Shown piece by piece: positions 34,600 to 48,188 of a DNA stretch of 64,000 nt (its first letter is position 1; the number at the start of each line of letters is the position of its first letter). The DNA is from Squalus acanthias (Eukaryota): assembly GCA_030390025.1 (NCBI GenBank), contig CM059433.1:1240001-1304000 (forward strand), given 5' to 3'. The notes under the pieces were generated by a model. It ran no database searches, was not told the origin of the DNA, and saw only the letters and a program-made list of their open reading frames with translations. The position numbers and the translations under genes were made by a program.

Positions 34600-37580
34600 T
34601 CAGTACCCTGTCGCTGCTTTCTCCCCATATCCCTTGATCCCTTTAGCCTTAAGAACTATATCTAACTCCTTCTTGAATATATGTAATGATTTGACCTCAA
34701 CTGCCTTCTGTGGTAGAGAATTCCACAGGTTCACCACTCTCTGGGTGAAGAAATTCCTCCTCATCTCAGTCCTAAATGGCTTACCCCTTATCCTTAGACT
34801 GTGACCTCTGGTTCTGGACTCCCCCGCCATCGGGAACAGCCTTCCTGCATCTAGTCTGTCTAGTCCTGTTAGAATTTTATAAGTTTCAATGAGATCCCCT
34901 CTCATTCTTCTAAACTCCAGCGAGTATAAGCCTAATTGACCCAATCTCTCTTCATACGTCATCCCTGCCATCCCAGGTATCAGTCTGGTGAATCTTCGCT
35001 GCACTCCCTCCATGGCAAGAACATCCTTCCTCATAAAAGGTGACCAAAACTGCACACAATACTCAAGGTGTGGTCTCCAAGGCCCTGTACAACTGCAGCA
35101 AGACATCCCTGCTCCTGTACTCGAATCCTCTCGCTATGAAGGCCAACATACCATTTGCCTTCTTAACTGCCTGCTGCACCTGCATGCTTACCTTCAGCGA
35201 CTGGTGCACAAGGACACCCAGGTCTCGTTGCACCTCCCCTTTTCCCAATCTATTGCCGTTCAGATAATAATCTGCCTTCCTGTTTTTGCCACCGAAGTGG
35301 ATAACCTCACATTTATCCACATTATACTGCATCTGCCATGCATTTGCCCACTCACCCAACCTGTCCAAATCATACTGGAGTTTCTCTGCATCCTCCTCAC
35401 AGCACACTCGCCCACCCAGCTTTGTGTCATCTGCAAACTTGGAGATATTACATCTAGTTCCCTCGTCTAAATCATTAATATATATTGTGAATAGCTAGGG
35501 TCCTAGCACCGATCCCTGCGGTACCCCACTAGTCACTGCCTGCCACTCGGAAAAGATCCGTTTATTAAAACTCTTTGCTTCCTGTCTGCCAACCAGTTCT
35601 CTATCCAAGTCAGTACTTTACCCCCAATCCCATGTGCGTTAACTTTGCATGCTAATCTCTTATGCGGGACCTTGTCGAAAGCCTTCTGAAAGTCCAAATA
35701 CACCACATCCACTTGTTCTCCCTTATCTATTCTACCAGTTACATCCTCAAAAAATTCCAGTAGATTTGTCAAGCATGATTTACCTTTTGTAAATCCATGT
35801 TGACTTTGTCCGATCCTGTCATTGTATTCCAAGTGCCCTGCTATTACATCTTTTATAATGAACTCTAGCATTTTCCCCACTACTGATGTCAGGCTAACCG
35901 GTCTATAATCCCCCGTTTTCTCTCTATCACCTTTTTTAAATAGTGGGGTTACATTAGCTACCCTCCAATCCATGGGAACTGTTCCAGAGTCTATAGAATG
36001 TTGGAAGATGACCAGCATCTACTATTTCTAGGGCCACTTCCTTTAGTACCCTGGGATGTAGATTATCAGGCCCTGGGGATTTATCGGCCTTCGATCCCGT
36101 CTATTTCCCTAACACCATTTCCCTACAAATACTGATTTAATTCAGTTTCTCCCTGTCATTAGACCCTATGTTCCCCGCCCTCTCTGGGAGTTTATTTGTG
36201 TCCTCCTTTGTGAAGACAGAACCAAAGTATGTGTTTAATTGGCCTGCCATTTCTTTGTTCCCCATTATAAATTCCCCTGATTCTGACTGCAAGGGACCTA
36301 CACTTGACTTCACTAATCTTTGTCTCTTCACATATCTATAGAAGCTTTTACAATCAGTTTTTATGTTCCCTTCAAGCTTACTCTCATACTCTATTTTCCC
36401 CTCTTAATTAATCCCTTTGTCCTCCTTTGCTGAATCCTAAACTGCTCCCAATCCTCAGGTTTGGTGCTTTTTCTGGCCAATTTATATGCCCTCTCCTTGG
36501 ATCTTATTCTATCCCTAATTTCCCTTGTTAGCCACTGTTGAGCCACCTTTCCTGTTTTATTTTTATGCCACACAGGGATGAACAAATTCTGTAGTTCATC
36601 CATGTGATCTTTAAATGTTTGCCATTGCCTATCCACCGTCAACCCTTTAAGTAACGTTCCCCAATCCATCCTAGCCAACTCATGCCTCATACCATCATAG
36701 TTTCCTTTATTTAAATTCAGGACCCTAGTCTCTGAGTCAACTACGTCACTCTCCATCTTAATGAAGAATTCTATCATATTATGATCGCTCTTCCCCAAGG
36801 GACCTCGCACAATAAGATTGCTAATTAATCCTTTCTCATTACATAATACCCAGTCTAAGATGGCCTGATCTCTAGTTGGTTCCTCGACATATTGGTCCAG
36901 GAAACCATCCCGTATACACTCTAGGAATTCCTCCTCCACAGTATTGTTACTAATTTGGTTAGCCCAATCTATATGCAGATTAAAGTCACCCATGATAACT
37001 GCTGTGCCCTTATTGCACGCATCTCTAATTTCCTGTTTACTGCCATCCCCAACCTCACCACTACTGTTTGGGGGTCTGTATACAACTCCCACTAACGTTT
37101 TCTGCCCCTTGGTATTTCGCATCTCTACCCATACAGATTCCACATCATCCGAGCTGATATCCTTCCTTACTATTGTGTTAATCTCCTCTTTAACCAGCAA
37201 CGCTACCCCACCTCCTTTTCCTTTTTGCCTGTCCTTCCTGAATATTGAATACCCCTGGATGTTGAGTTCCCAGCCTTGGTCACCCTGGAGCCATGTCTCC
37301 ATAATCTCAATTATATCGTATCCGTTTACATCTATTTGCGCAGCTAATTCATCCACCTTATTACAAATGCTCCTCGCATTAAGACACAAAGCCTTCAGGC
37401 TTGTTTTTTTAACACTCTTAGTCCTTTTAGAATTATTTTTAACTGTGGCCCTGTTTGATTTACACCCTTGATTTATTTGCCTTCCACTTTTGCTTTTCTC
37501 CTTCCTATCTTTTGCTTCTATCCTTGTTTCCCTTTTCTCTGTCTCCCTGCACAGGTTCCCAACCACCTGCCATTTTAGTT
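34600..37580 (-). pseudogene. CR1 ORF2 (APE endonuclease + reverse transcriptase), disrupted
   Basis: LCLNARSI, ETWL, YRPP, MGDFN, LGKSDH; YRPVSLTS, QHGF..SCLTNL, YLDFQKAFDKVPH, FADD, RDLGV, LEYCVQFWSP; stops and frameshifts. Confidence 0.93.
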
Positions 37581-38523
37581 TAAACCCTCCCCAACAGCAC
37601 TAGCAAACACTCCCCCTAGGACATCGGTCCCGGTCCTGCCCAGGTGCAAACCATCCAGTTTGTACTGGTCTCACCTCCCCCAGAACCGGTTCCAATATCC
37701 CAGGAATTTGAATCCCTCCTCCATGCACCATTCCTCTAGCCATGTATTCATCTGAAATATCCTTCTATTTCTACTCTGACTAGCACGTGGCACTGGTAGC
37801 AATCCTGAGATTACTACCTTTGAGGTCCTATTTTTTAATTTACCTCCTAACTCCCTATATTCAGCTTTTAGGACCTCATCCCGTTTTTACCTATATCGTT
37901 GGTACCTATATGCACCACGACAACTGGCTGTTCACCCTCCCCCTCCAGAATGCCCTGCAGCCGCTCCGAGGCATCCATGACCCTTGCACCAGGGAGGCAA
38001 CATACCATCCTGGAGTCTCGTTTGCTACCGCAGAAACGCCTGTCTATTCCCCTTACAATAGAATCCCCTATCACTATAGCTCTCCCGCTCTTTTTCCTCC
38101 CGTCCTGTGCAGCAGAGCCACCCACAGTGCCATGAACTTGGCTGCTGCTGCCTTCCCCCGATAATCCATCCCCCCAACAATATCCAAAGCGGTATATCTG
38201 TTTGAGAGGAGGATGTCCACAGGGGACTCCTGCACTACCTGCCTGTGCCTACTACTCTGCCTGACAGTCACCCATTCCCTTCATGCCTGTGCAGCCTTTA
38301 CCTGCGGTGTGACTAACTCACTAAACGTGCTATCCACGACATCCTCAGCTTCGTGGATGCTCCAGTGTATATCTATTTGCAGCTCCAGTGCCACAATGCG
38401 GTCTGCCAGTAGCTGCATCTGGATACACTTCCCGCACACATGGTCGTCAGGGACACAGGAAGTGTCCCTGATTTCCCACATAGCACAGGAGGAGCATGCC
38501 ACGGGGCCGAGCTGTGCTGCCAT
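37575..38523 (-). pseudogene. CR1 ORF1 (zinc finger, coiled coil, SGNH esterase), disrupted
   Basis: MAAQLGPVACSSCAMW...HVCGKC; IVIGDSIVRG...CCLPGARV...VVVHIGTNDIG; ends GEGLN*; internal stop and frameshifts. Confidence 0.9.
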
Positions 38524-38993
38524 GACTTACCCTTTAATTAACTTAAATTAAATTACATCAAATCAAAGACCACTAATTACACTACAATTAAATGATATTA
38601 ATTACTCAAGGGCCCTTGTTTACTAGCACTCCCCGCTACACAACAGAGACCTTAGAAACGATAAACCACAAAATTAAGACCTTCTAAACCTTATAAACTA
38701 TTAACCTTAACTGTCAAACTATAGAGTAGTATAAATACTCACCTGGCCGTACTCACCCAATCAGCTGCTTCCTCTTGCCCGCGTCACTTTTTGAATCGTG
38801 ACGTGGCTCTGGAACGCCGCCGCCGGTCTGTGAGTTTGGTAAAGCTCTGAAAAAACCTGCGAAACTGAGTATAAATACTCATTGGCTGCTCCTGACACTG
38901 GGCCCATCTTAGATCATCCATCCAGAAAAAAAGCACCGCTCCCCATTCAACACAATTATGCGTAAAACATTAATTTGAAATACGTGCAACTTA

Positions 38994-39188
38994 GGCCCTG
39001 ATTTTCCGTAGGGATTCTCCTGATCGCCTGTCGTAACTTTGGTGAGAGGTCGGTTGAACCTTGAACCCTGGGGAAAAGGCGTAAACGTCTGAAAATGGCT
39101 GCTTACGCCATTTGTCCTGGGGTTCCGCCACTCTCCCATTGAAGTTACGGCGGGAAATTGGGACAACCCTCTGTAGAAATTTAGGGCT
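38994..39188. mobile_element. Short Harbinger-type MITE
   Basis: Termini ggccctgattttc / gaaatttagggct; flanks tta/ttg; internal inverted matches (cgtaactt/aagttacg). Confidence 0.6.
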
Positions 39189-40019
39189 TTGTAGTCTTTG
39201 AAAGTGACATTCCTGTAAACTTCTCAGACATTGGCCAGAAAATGTAAATTGACCTTCCTCTAATTTTGGACTTCTGACATCAGAGGGGTAACTTTCCTAC
39301 TTTGCACTCCTGCTGTGAAGTTTGAATATTACCCCCCAGATTCCCATTACTTTTAATGGCATGTTTAACTGTGCAGTTGCAATATGACCTTATGTGACAC
39401 TAGCTATGGAAACAAGAAGAGGCACCACATATTGGAGCAGATGGTTAGCAAGTAATTTACAGACTTTGCCATTGACACTGAAATAAGTTCCCCAAAGTGG
39501 ACTAAAAAGCCATTCGTAATTCAGTATGGAATGTCGCATTATTAGTCCAATGCCCCTTGCTTGTAATGCAATCAACAGTAGAGACAAGAGGGATGATTTT
39601 ATGAGGCACTGTTGGCAACAGTGAACCTCACTGTGTTGGAAAATTGAGGCCCCAACTTGCACGTGCAGTTACGTTTTTGCAACACAGGAGAGGAGAATAG
39701 AGGCAGTGCTACCAGCAAGACAAGCCCACAGACACCTAGTTAAATCATTCAAATCAGGTCCCGTACCAAATTGTACAACTTTGGAAGAGGCCCCTTTCCT
39801 CGTGCACACTTTGGGCACACGAAAGTTCAACTGACTTGGTCTCCCTTAATCTAATTCTTACAGTGAGGCTGCTCATGTTTCGGTGAATGTTGAAGTGTAC
39901 TTTTTCTCAGCAGTGAATGCTAATCTACTTCCGCATTGACCGTCTTGCAAACTTGTATTTATGCCTTTTAGTGAAAACCTTCAGTTTGCTAAGCAAGACT
40001 TTTCTGAAGTATTGCCCAT

Positions 40020-42420
40020 TGCTGCAGCATTTCATGTTGTACCAACAATGCAGGGAGGATGGGATGTCTCCGCTTTACTGCAGAGGCAGTGATCGAGTTG
40101 TGCCATGTGCTGCAGGCCACTTTATAGAGAGACTCAAAGATTGGGATGACTTTTCCCATAGATATGAAGGTTACTACAGCATTAAGCTGCTATGCAATAG
40201 GATCCTTCCAGACAACTGGAGGGAACATCTGCCAGATGCGCTGGTTTGCAGTTCATAGTTGTATAATGTAAGTGTCTGACACCATGTTTAGCATTTCCCG
40301 AGTGGAAAGGAGACACCATCGGCAGAACACGCAGAACTTTTAACACTTGGAAAACCAGTCTCAGGAGTCCAGGGTGTACTTGAACAGGCAAGGATACCAC
40401 ACCATAAATATGCAGGTGGTTTTTGACCGCAGAAATATAATCCTGCAAATTGATGCTCATTATCTGGGGAGCATCCATGATTCTTTTGTTACACAACAAT
40501 CCACGGTGCCTGTGTTATATAAAAGTCCCAAGAGAACGAATGCATGGCTGTCAATTTTCAGCCATGGCTCATGATCCCAATTAAAGAACCCCAAAGAAGA
40601 ACAGCGCACAGTTCCACTCAGGCCCGCCCCCAGGTTACTGTTGAGCACATCCGAGGGACGCTGAGGCAACAATTCTCTAAAATCATCACAGTCTGCCGCA
40701 TGTTGCCAAAGTTTGCCCTCCAAAAGGGCTGAGTGTTCAGCAGGATGAAGAGGAGAGTGATATTGGTGGGAGCTGAATTACAGGCAGGGAATGAGATTGG
40801 AGCAGAGCTGTAATTGAGAACTACTTCTAGAAATGGACACATCCTGCCACTGTTTCAGCTGCGAAAAATCAACCACTGTTTCCCCACAAAAGGTGTTGCA
40901 CATTGCCCCTTTTCAAGCTGAATGTCATCTTTCAGCCCCTTCCCAGCATTCATTACCTTTCCATGGCCCTACCCAAAAAAATATTTTCGACACTAGAAAG
41001 AAAGAAGAAAGAAAGACTTGCATTTCTGTAGCGCCTTTCACGACCACCGGACGTCTCAAAGCGCTTTACAGCCAATGAAGTACTTTTTTGAAGTGTAGTT
41101 GCTGTTGTAATGTGGGAAACGCGGCAGCCAATTTGCGCACAGCAAGCTCCCACAAACAGCAATGTGATAATGACCTGATAATCTGTTTTTGCAATGTGGA
41201 TTGAGGGATAAATATTGGCCAGGACACCGGGGATAATTCCCCTGCTCTTCTTCGAAATAGTGCCGTGGGCCCTGAGAAGGCAGACGGGGTCTTGGTTTAA
41301 TGTCTCATCCGAAAGACGGCACCTCCGACATTGCAGCGCTCCCTCAGCACTGCACTGGAGTGTCAGCCTAGATTTCTGTGCTCAAGTCTCTGGAGTGGGA
41401 CTTGAACCCACAACCTTCTGACTCACTAAGGAGAAATCAAAAGATAAATATTTATTTTGTTCTATGTATGTGAAAAATATGCTCTAATCCCTATGTCCAT
41501 GCGTCCCCTGGTGATTTTATAAGGCACCTTTGTTCTATTATGCAGCATAATGCTGTGTCTGAGTGAGGGAAGCCGTTATGCCGGTAGGCTGCTGTTGAGT
41601 ATTGTGGTCTTTTTGGGATGGTGGTGACCTTTATCTTCTGGATTTGGGATTATGAGATGTTTCTGCAACATTGGAGCAATGCCCGACAACGCAACTGCTA
41701 CCAGTGTCTGCACGCTCTCAGAAAGGTCATCAATCCTTTGAGGAGCCTGGATGAAGTGAGCGGACACGCGACCAGCGTGAGAGAAAGCTGCTTCATCTGG
41801 TCCTGCTCTTGCAACGCTGCTACTGCTGGGCATCCCAGTTGGATCACCACTGATCTACATGAGAGTAATCCATAGGGCATCTCTGATGTTGGTAAAGCCA
41901 CATTGCTTTCCCAAATGATGAAAACAAACTGCTGTAAGCGGATATTAATGGTGTGAGTTGCAGCATTCATGAGAGAAAGCTGTCTTGGGATCGTTCCCTT
42001 ACTGCTTTGGGGCTTTCTGCAGTTGCTCCATGGCACTTTGCATTTCCAAAAATCCCTCAGGCATGACTGCAGTGATGTTGGAGGGGCTCTGCTGCCTCTT
42101 CCTTGCCAGCTGCTTCTTTAACTCCTGTCTGAAGGCAAGCCAATGACATGCCCATACGGCAAATGGGTTGCTTACTCGGCCCTGATCTTTCCTCCTCCTC
42201 TTCTGCCAACTGATTTGCTTCCCCTCACTTGTAAATTGTGAATTCAGCCAGTGCACCCTTCGCAAATTTACTACTGATATTCTCCAGAGTGCCAGAGTCC
42301 GTGCTGGCGCTTGAAGCAGATGGAGTGCTTAACGCAGCCTGCCGTAAAATGCCAGGATCGGTGGTGCCACTTTGTCTGCCCTCCTCATTTTGGGAAAAAG
42401 GAATAAGATTTTAAATTTAG
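40020..42420 (+). mobile_element. Highly decayed Harbinger transposon copy
   Basis: YLNRQGYHTINMQVVFDRRNIILQIDAHYLGSIHDSFV (40376-40490) and PWLMIPIKEP..TVEHIRGTLRQQF match HARBI1 motifs; possible convergent second-ORF remnant at ~41580-42270. Confidence 0.75.
40995..41424 (-). mobile_element. DeuSINE (SacSINE1-like)
   Basis: Reverse complement of the 10041 copy, with a small internal deletion. Confidence 0.9.
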
Positions 42421-42424
42421 TCCT

Positions 42425-43400
42425 CAGACAATGGCTTCAATGATAGATAAGATCACAAGACATTTTGGGTGTCGTGCAGCTGTTTTGTAAATGTATGTCC
42501 AGCTATAGTTGAGTGAGCGAGATCTTGGTGATGCGGAAGACTGAAGCCATGAAGGGATTTCAATCTTAAAATTGACCGTCTGAGATACAGGAAGGCAGTA
42601 GAGCTTGACAAGGACAAGGACAAGGATGATGGGAAGCAGGCCATAATGGAGTGAGGACATTGGTCGTGGCATTTTGGATGACTTGCAATTTATGGATGAT
42701 AGAGGTGGGGATGGCAGCAAGGAGAATGATTTCATAGAGAAGCTTTAACAACAACAACAACTTGTATTTATATAGCGCCTTTAACATAGTAAAACGTCCC
42801 AAGGCGCTGCACAGGAGTATTTTAAGACAATAAATTTGACACCGATCCACATAAGGATAAATTAGGGCAGGTGACCAAAAGCTTGGTCAAAGAGTTAAGT
42901 TTTAAGGAGCGTCTTAAAGGAGGAAAGAGAGGTAGTGAGGCGGAGAGGTTTAGGCAGGGAATTCCAGAGCTTAGGGCTCAGGCAACAGAAGGCACAGCCA
43001 CCAAAGGTTGAGCGATTATAATCAGGGATGCTCAAGAGGGCAGAATTGGAGGAGCGCAGATTTCTCGGGGGTTTGTGGGGCTGAAGGAGATTACAGAGAT
43101 AGGGAGGGGCGAGGCCATGGAGGGATTTGAAAACAAGGTTGAGAATTTTGAAATTGAGGCGCTGCTTAACCGGGAGCCAATGTAGGTCAGCGAGCACAGG
43201 GGTGATGGGTGAACGGGACTTTGGTGCGAGTTAGGACACGGGCAGCCAAGTTTTGGATGACCTCAAGTTTACGTAGGGTGGAATGTGGGAGGCCAGCCAG
43301 GAGTGTGTTGGAATAGTCAAGTCTAGAGGTAACAGAGGCATGGATGAGGTAACGAGCATACCTGGGCACCTCTGAAGTTTATGTGGTAAGGAGAAGAGAT
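42425..43400 (-). mobile_element. Young L2 3' end (42746-43350) within or next to an older L2 fragment
   Basis: (aac)n tail at 42747; LHWLPVKQRLNFKIL..FKTLLKT; highly similar to 6697-7140; divergent L2 peptide HKLQVIQNA at ~42670-42700. Confidence 0.88.
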
Positions 43401-43422
43401 TTTAAGTTCTTTTTTAAAAATT

Positions 43423-44549
43423 AAAAAGAAAAGAAAGACTTGCATTTATATAGCGCCTTTCAGGATCTGAGGCTGTCCTAAATCACTTTGCACCCAATGA
43501 AGTACTTTTGAAGTGTAGTCACTGTTGTAATGTAGGAAACGCGGCAGCCAATTTGCGCACAGCAAGCTCCCACAAACAGCAATGTGATAATGACCAGATA
43601 AACTGTTTTAGTGATGTTGATTGAGGGATAAATATTGGCCAGGACACTGGAGAGAACTCCCCCCTGCTCTTCTTCGAAATAGTGCGCGTGGGATCTTTTA
43701 CGTCCACCTGAGAGAGCAGACAGGGACTCGGTTTAACATCTCATCCGAAAGATGGCACATCCGACAGTGCAGCACTCCCTCAGTACTGCCCTTCCGACAG
43801 TGCAGCGCTCCCTCAGTACTGCCCCTCCGACAGTGCAGCGCTCCCTCAGTATTGCCCCTCCGACAGTGCAGCGCTCCCTCAGTACTGCCCCTCCGACAGT
43901 GCGGTGCTCCCTCAGTACTGACCCTCCGACAGTGCAGCGCTCCCTCAGTACTGCCCCTCCGACAGTGCGGCGCTCCCTCAGTACCGCCCCTCCGACAGTG
44001 CAGCACTCCCTCAGTACTGTCCCTCCAACAGTGCAGCGCTCCCTCAGTACTGCCCCTCCTGCAGTGCAGCGCTCCCTCAGTACTGCCCCTCCGACAGTGC
44101 AGCGCTCCCTCAGTACTGCCCCTCCGACAGTGTGGCGCTCCCTCAGTACTGCCCCTCCTGCAGTGCAGCGCTCCCTCAGTACTGCCCCTCCGACAGTGTG
44201 GCGCTCCCTCAGCACTGCCCCTCCGATAGTGCGGCGCTCCCTCAGTACTGCCCCTCCAACAGTGCGGCGCTCCCTCAGTATTGCCCCTCTAACAGTGCGG
44301 CGCTCCCTCAGTACTGCCCCTCCGACAGTGCGGCGCTCCCTCAGTACTGCCCCTCCGACAGTGCGGCGCTCCCTCAGTACTGCCCCTCCGACAGTGCGGC
44401 GCTCCCTCAGTACTGCCCCTCTGACAGTGCAGCACTCCCTCAGCACTGCACTGGAGTGTCAGCCTAGCTTTATGTGCTCAAGTCCCTGGAGTGGGACTTG
44501 AACCCACAACCCTCTAACTCCGAGGCGAGAATGTTACCCACTGAGCCAC
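43423..44549 (-). mobile_element. DeuSINE with internal 33-bp array
   Basis: Complete tail, core and head (ctgagccac at 44541-44549), interrupted by the array. Confidence 0.92.
43761..44450. repeat. Minisatellite, ~21 x 33 bp
   Basis: Unit ccgacagtgcagcgctccctcagtactgcccct. Confidence 0.95.
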
Positions 44550-44934
44550 GGATGACATGATAATATTATGATAATATTATGATAATATTATGCAGCCAGA
44601 GGCAACTGTAATTAAGATAGATATCTTACAAATTTGAGCCTGGTGGTTGCTGGGATCACAAACAGTCTTTCAAAAATTGAACTGAGAGATCAAGAGAGAA
44701 ATCCCAGATTATCTACAGTCTGGTGCAGGCTCCAGCAACCCTGATCCAACGTGAGAAGAAAAGGGCAATCATCCACATTAACTCCAGCCACTGCTGGATC
44801 TTCACTCAAAGACACTCTTATATGACGATGGTCCAATTAATCAGATAGTGTGGTTCTATTCTGGGCACTCATTTTAACATGGAAGCACTTGCTCTATGGT
44901 CGATAGTATTGCCCTTTTCACTAATGTTAAAACA

Positions 44935-45400
44935 GCCTTTGGTTCAACTAGCGTAGCTAATGAGTAACAGAGCTATACAGATCAGGGAGACCCCTGGCCT
45001 GTGTTGAGTCAGCTGATCTTAGCCGGAGCAGCATATGGACCCTACAATGGGCCTCAGTGCCCATAGGTCAAAGGGAAAATTAGCCAGCATTCCTGCTCCT
45101 CGTGGATTTGCAGCCATCCCTGCTGGAAGTATGTGTATGAGTCGATATCAGTTAAGGACAGAATCAGGCTCAGTTGTGATGCCCCCGTATTTGAATAGTT
45201 GGCGTCTGACACCCACTGTCAATGCTCACATATAAATGCTCACCTGAGAACTCATTTTTAATGTGGAAGCAAGTCATCCTCGGTTCCGAGGGACTGCCTG
45301 AGAGATAAATTATAGCCATTTAGCCGAGAGGCCAAGAGGGAACCTATAGAATTGTACATTAGCGAAGGGTCAATTATCTCAGTAGAGGAGAGGGAAAATT
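44935..45400 (+). mobile_element. LF-SINE-like element
   Basis: ctgtgttgagtcagctgatcttagcc...ctacaatgggcctcagtgccc...ttcctgctcct...ccctgctggaa...aggacagaatcaggctcagttgtgatgcccc matches the LF-SINE consensus as I recall it. Confidence 0.75.
45238..45304 (+). mobile_element. Short LINE 3'-tail insertion (probably RTE clade) in the LF-SINE
   Basis: gtggaagcaagtcatcctcggttccgagggactgcct (hairpin-forming), flanked by the direct repeat ataaat (45232, 45305). Confidence 0.5.
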
Positions 45401-45724
45401 GGTCGAGAAAATTGACGAAAACAAACTGCCTTGATGTGAGCTATTCAATTCTTCCCTACCCCACTCCAACACCTCACCAACCACGCCCACCCACCATACC
45501 AACACCATGAAGTGAATCAAGGGCGTTAATGTCTAGAATCAGGAGAACTAACGTCACTAAGGTGCTTTTTCTGCTGGCGACTCACATTAATCAATTTACC
45601 CATATACAATGCTGATGTGGGTCAATACAGAAAACTTTCTTATGTTAGTTCCAAGGAAATTTTCTTTTAAAAATGCAAATCTTCACCTGTAACTGGACTG
45701 CAGATACACACACCTGAAGCTACT

Positions 45725-46439
45725 GGCCCAGAAATTTGACTCGGAGGCTTGCCGCGGGGGTAAGGATCGCGCGCGATCTTACCTACCGCGCCTGCCGTTG
45801 ACCTCTGGGCCCACATGAACTTCGGGTCCTGGGCCTCTCCCTGGTGCCGGCGCGCAGTGTGTGCGTGTCCCAGAGGCGCAGTTAGTGCGATGCAACCTCT
45901 GGGATCACGTGGGCCAGTTAGAGCCAATGGCAGCACACCATCTTTCATTCATAGATTTGACAGGAGAACTGTCAAAACTATGAATACAAATTGCCCCCAA
46001 AAGAACAGCTAAACCTCAAATAAATTTTTTAAAAAACCATCACATTAATAAAATAACTATAGTTAAATAAAATAACCACTTTAAAGAAAAATTTAAATTT
46101 TTGAAAAAATTTAAATTCCTTTAAAAAGTTATAAAAATAAACTTACCTTTCTTTAAAGTCTCTAAAAAAGATAAACCTGTTGAAAAAAATTTAAAATAAT
46201 ACTTAATTAACTACTTACCTTGTTAAAAGGGGCTCTTACGCCTCCTTTTTTCATGTATAAAATCTTCCATACTTACCTTCGCGTTCAAACCTGAAGAAAA
46301 ACCTAAGTGTGCTGCGTGCGCACAGCCTGTAGTGCGCACGCGGTTCACTTAGGAACCGCCCCCTTCACCATACCGGAAGTGCCGGTTTCCCACACATGCG
46401 CAGTGCGTACTCTCCCGTATTCGGCCGAATTTCTGGGCC
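45725..46439. mobile_element. Harbinger-type MITE
   Basis: Perfect TIR ggcccagaaatt / aatttctgggcc; flanks act/att; GC-rich arms around an AT-rich centre. Confidence 0.85.
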
Positions 46440-46496
46440 ATTATTTCCACATATCAGTTAGTGCAAGACATATTGACAGGATCGATGATTCAGTAG

Positions 46497-48188
46497 TGTA
46501 AGGGTTTCTGGACCTGTGTGGCTCTGTGCTCAGCCTGGGTGCTAGTGCGAGTTTAGGCCTTGTTGCCTGTTCTGGTCTCCAGCCAGTCTGGGAGCACTAG
46601 ACACCTGTGAGTGGTTCGACCCACTCGCCCTTACGGTTCTGACACTGGACTTAGATGCGAGAGCAGTAATGGAGAGAAAACTCAGGTAGACCCGGTTGAA
46701 TGGTACGAAATGGAAAATCTTTATTGCATATTATTCAAGATTACGAAATACATGTCATAAGCACAGATTAATGACAGTACAATCTTACACGCAGTTATGT
46801 AACTAATTTCAGGGAAACGAGGAACGAACGACACATCGTAAATGGGGGCACACATTACAGTTATCCTTAAAAACTTAAACCCTCCCCTATCAATACCTGC
46901 TCTAAACTAGACTTGTAGGATCGAGACTCATGCTCACCACTCGTGATAACTCGGAGAATTCCGAAAACTCTGATCGGATGTTTTTCACCGCAGCACCTGA
47001 TCACCCATGTGTTGGTCAGGGGTCTCTGTACCCCACTTGTTTACTCGTTTCTGCTCCGGCTAGCAGGCTGGACCGTCTGCTGTCATGAAGATCTGTGTTG
47101 TCCTCGGAGTTCCAACACGACTCGAAAAATAGTCTTCCTGTGCCCTCGCACTGGTTCGATAAAACTCAAAGAAGAGTCTTCCGATGCCAGTTCTGTAAAA
47201 CTCAAAGAAGGTCTTCCTGGGCAAGGAAAGTGTCTATTCGACCTACAGGCGCGGTCGGAGCTTACTGACCGTGGCGATACGTATGGTCTTCTTCTCTTCT
47301 TATCTCATCTCATCTCATCTCATCTCATCTCATCTCGGGCCTTCGGTTCCAACACTGTTTACCGACTTCTCGGGATGGTGCGCCCGTTCCAAGGCTTCAC
47401 AGCCCGGTTCCACACAGATCTTCGCGGCAAGCCACGAGGCAGATCCTGGCGGATCGTAAAGTTCAACAGTCTTTAAAAGCTGCAAGAGGCAGAGACACGA
47501 GGCAAGCGGCAAGGAGTCGAAAGGATAAGAGCACAAGAGCAGCCACGAGGATAAGAGCTAAATGGACGGTTGGAGCTTGCAGTTAAGTGCAAAACTCTTC
47601 CTTTTCCCGCCCAACCTTAATGTCTTTTCTTTTGTTAGGGTTTTGGCGCTCAAATTTCTTGTATAGGGTGATCTCCGTTTTAATGGGTTTCGGGGATACT
47701 CGTAACTGTCTGAGTACCTGTTAATATTTCTCCCATTGTGTAATCGGTCGGTATTCTCCCTGGAGGGGTTTTGGGGCTTCCAAATGTTTTCTGTAACTAC
47801 CCGCTAACGGCTCTCTCATCGTAGAGTCGTGGGGATTTTGCATATTAATGTCTTTGGATGGGTTCTTGATCACTTGGTACAATAGCCCTTATTCGCACCT
47901 GGGAGACCGATTTCAGTATTTATGTGTATACTGCAAACCCATGATGTCTCGTGTATTATCTTAAATGTACTGAGTCTTGATCGATCTCGCACAAATGTTT
48001 ATTGGAACGCCATCTTGTCTGCTTATCGAAAAGTCTAGAATGTTCTGCCACGAGGCGTGGCGGCCATTTTACAGGCTGCTTGTGTCCACTTTGAAAACCT
48101 GACAGCATTCTGCTGAAATAAAGCTGTTTGAACGAAACTATGTGTTTTCTCCTTATTTATAAAATCGCGATATATTGCGAATTCTACA
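46497..48188. mobile_element. Solo LTR, 1692 bp
   Basis: Starts TGTA, ends TACA; exact 4-bp TSD GTAG (46493-46496, 48189-48192); CpG-rich; AATAAA on - (46720) and on + (48117); no recognisable coding domain. Confidence 0.8.

Larger units (their letters stand above)
34502..38830 (-). mobile_element. Near full-length CR1 LINE (5' boundary approximate)
   Basis: 3' (tttctatg)n tail at 34502; ORF2 APE-RT; ORF1 zinc finger + esterase; GC-rich 5' UTR near 38740-38830. Confidence 0.95.

Noticed and set aside
43761..44450. CRISPR-like array (33-bp repeats; also 62936, 21081, 51008)
   Set aside because: Units are contiguous with no unique spacers, there are no cas genes, the context is eukaryotic, and each unit derives from its host TE.
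43621..44501. Cys-rich or Pro/Thr-rich repeat proteins (also 62873-63511, 20984-21706, 50916-51644)
   Set aside because: Translations of minisatellites, open in several frames on both strands.
46943..47476. 177-aa accessory ORF inside the solo LTR
   Set aside because: Non-ATG start, runs through an (atctc)n microsatellite and has no recognisable domain; worth revisiting only if conserved in other LTR copies.
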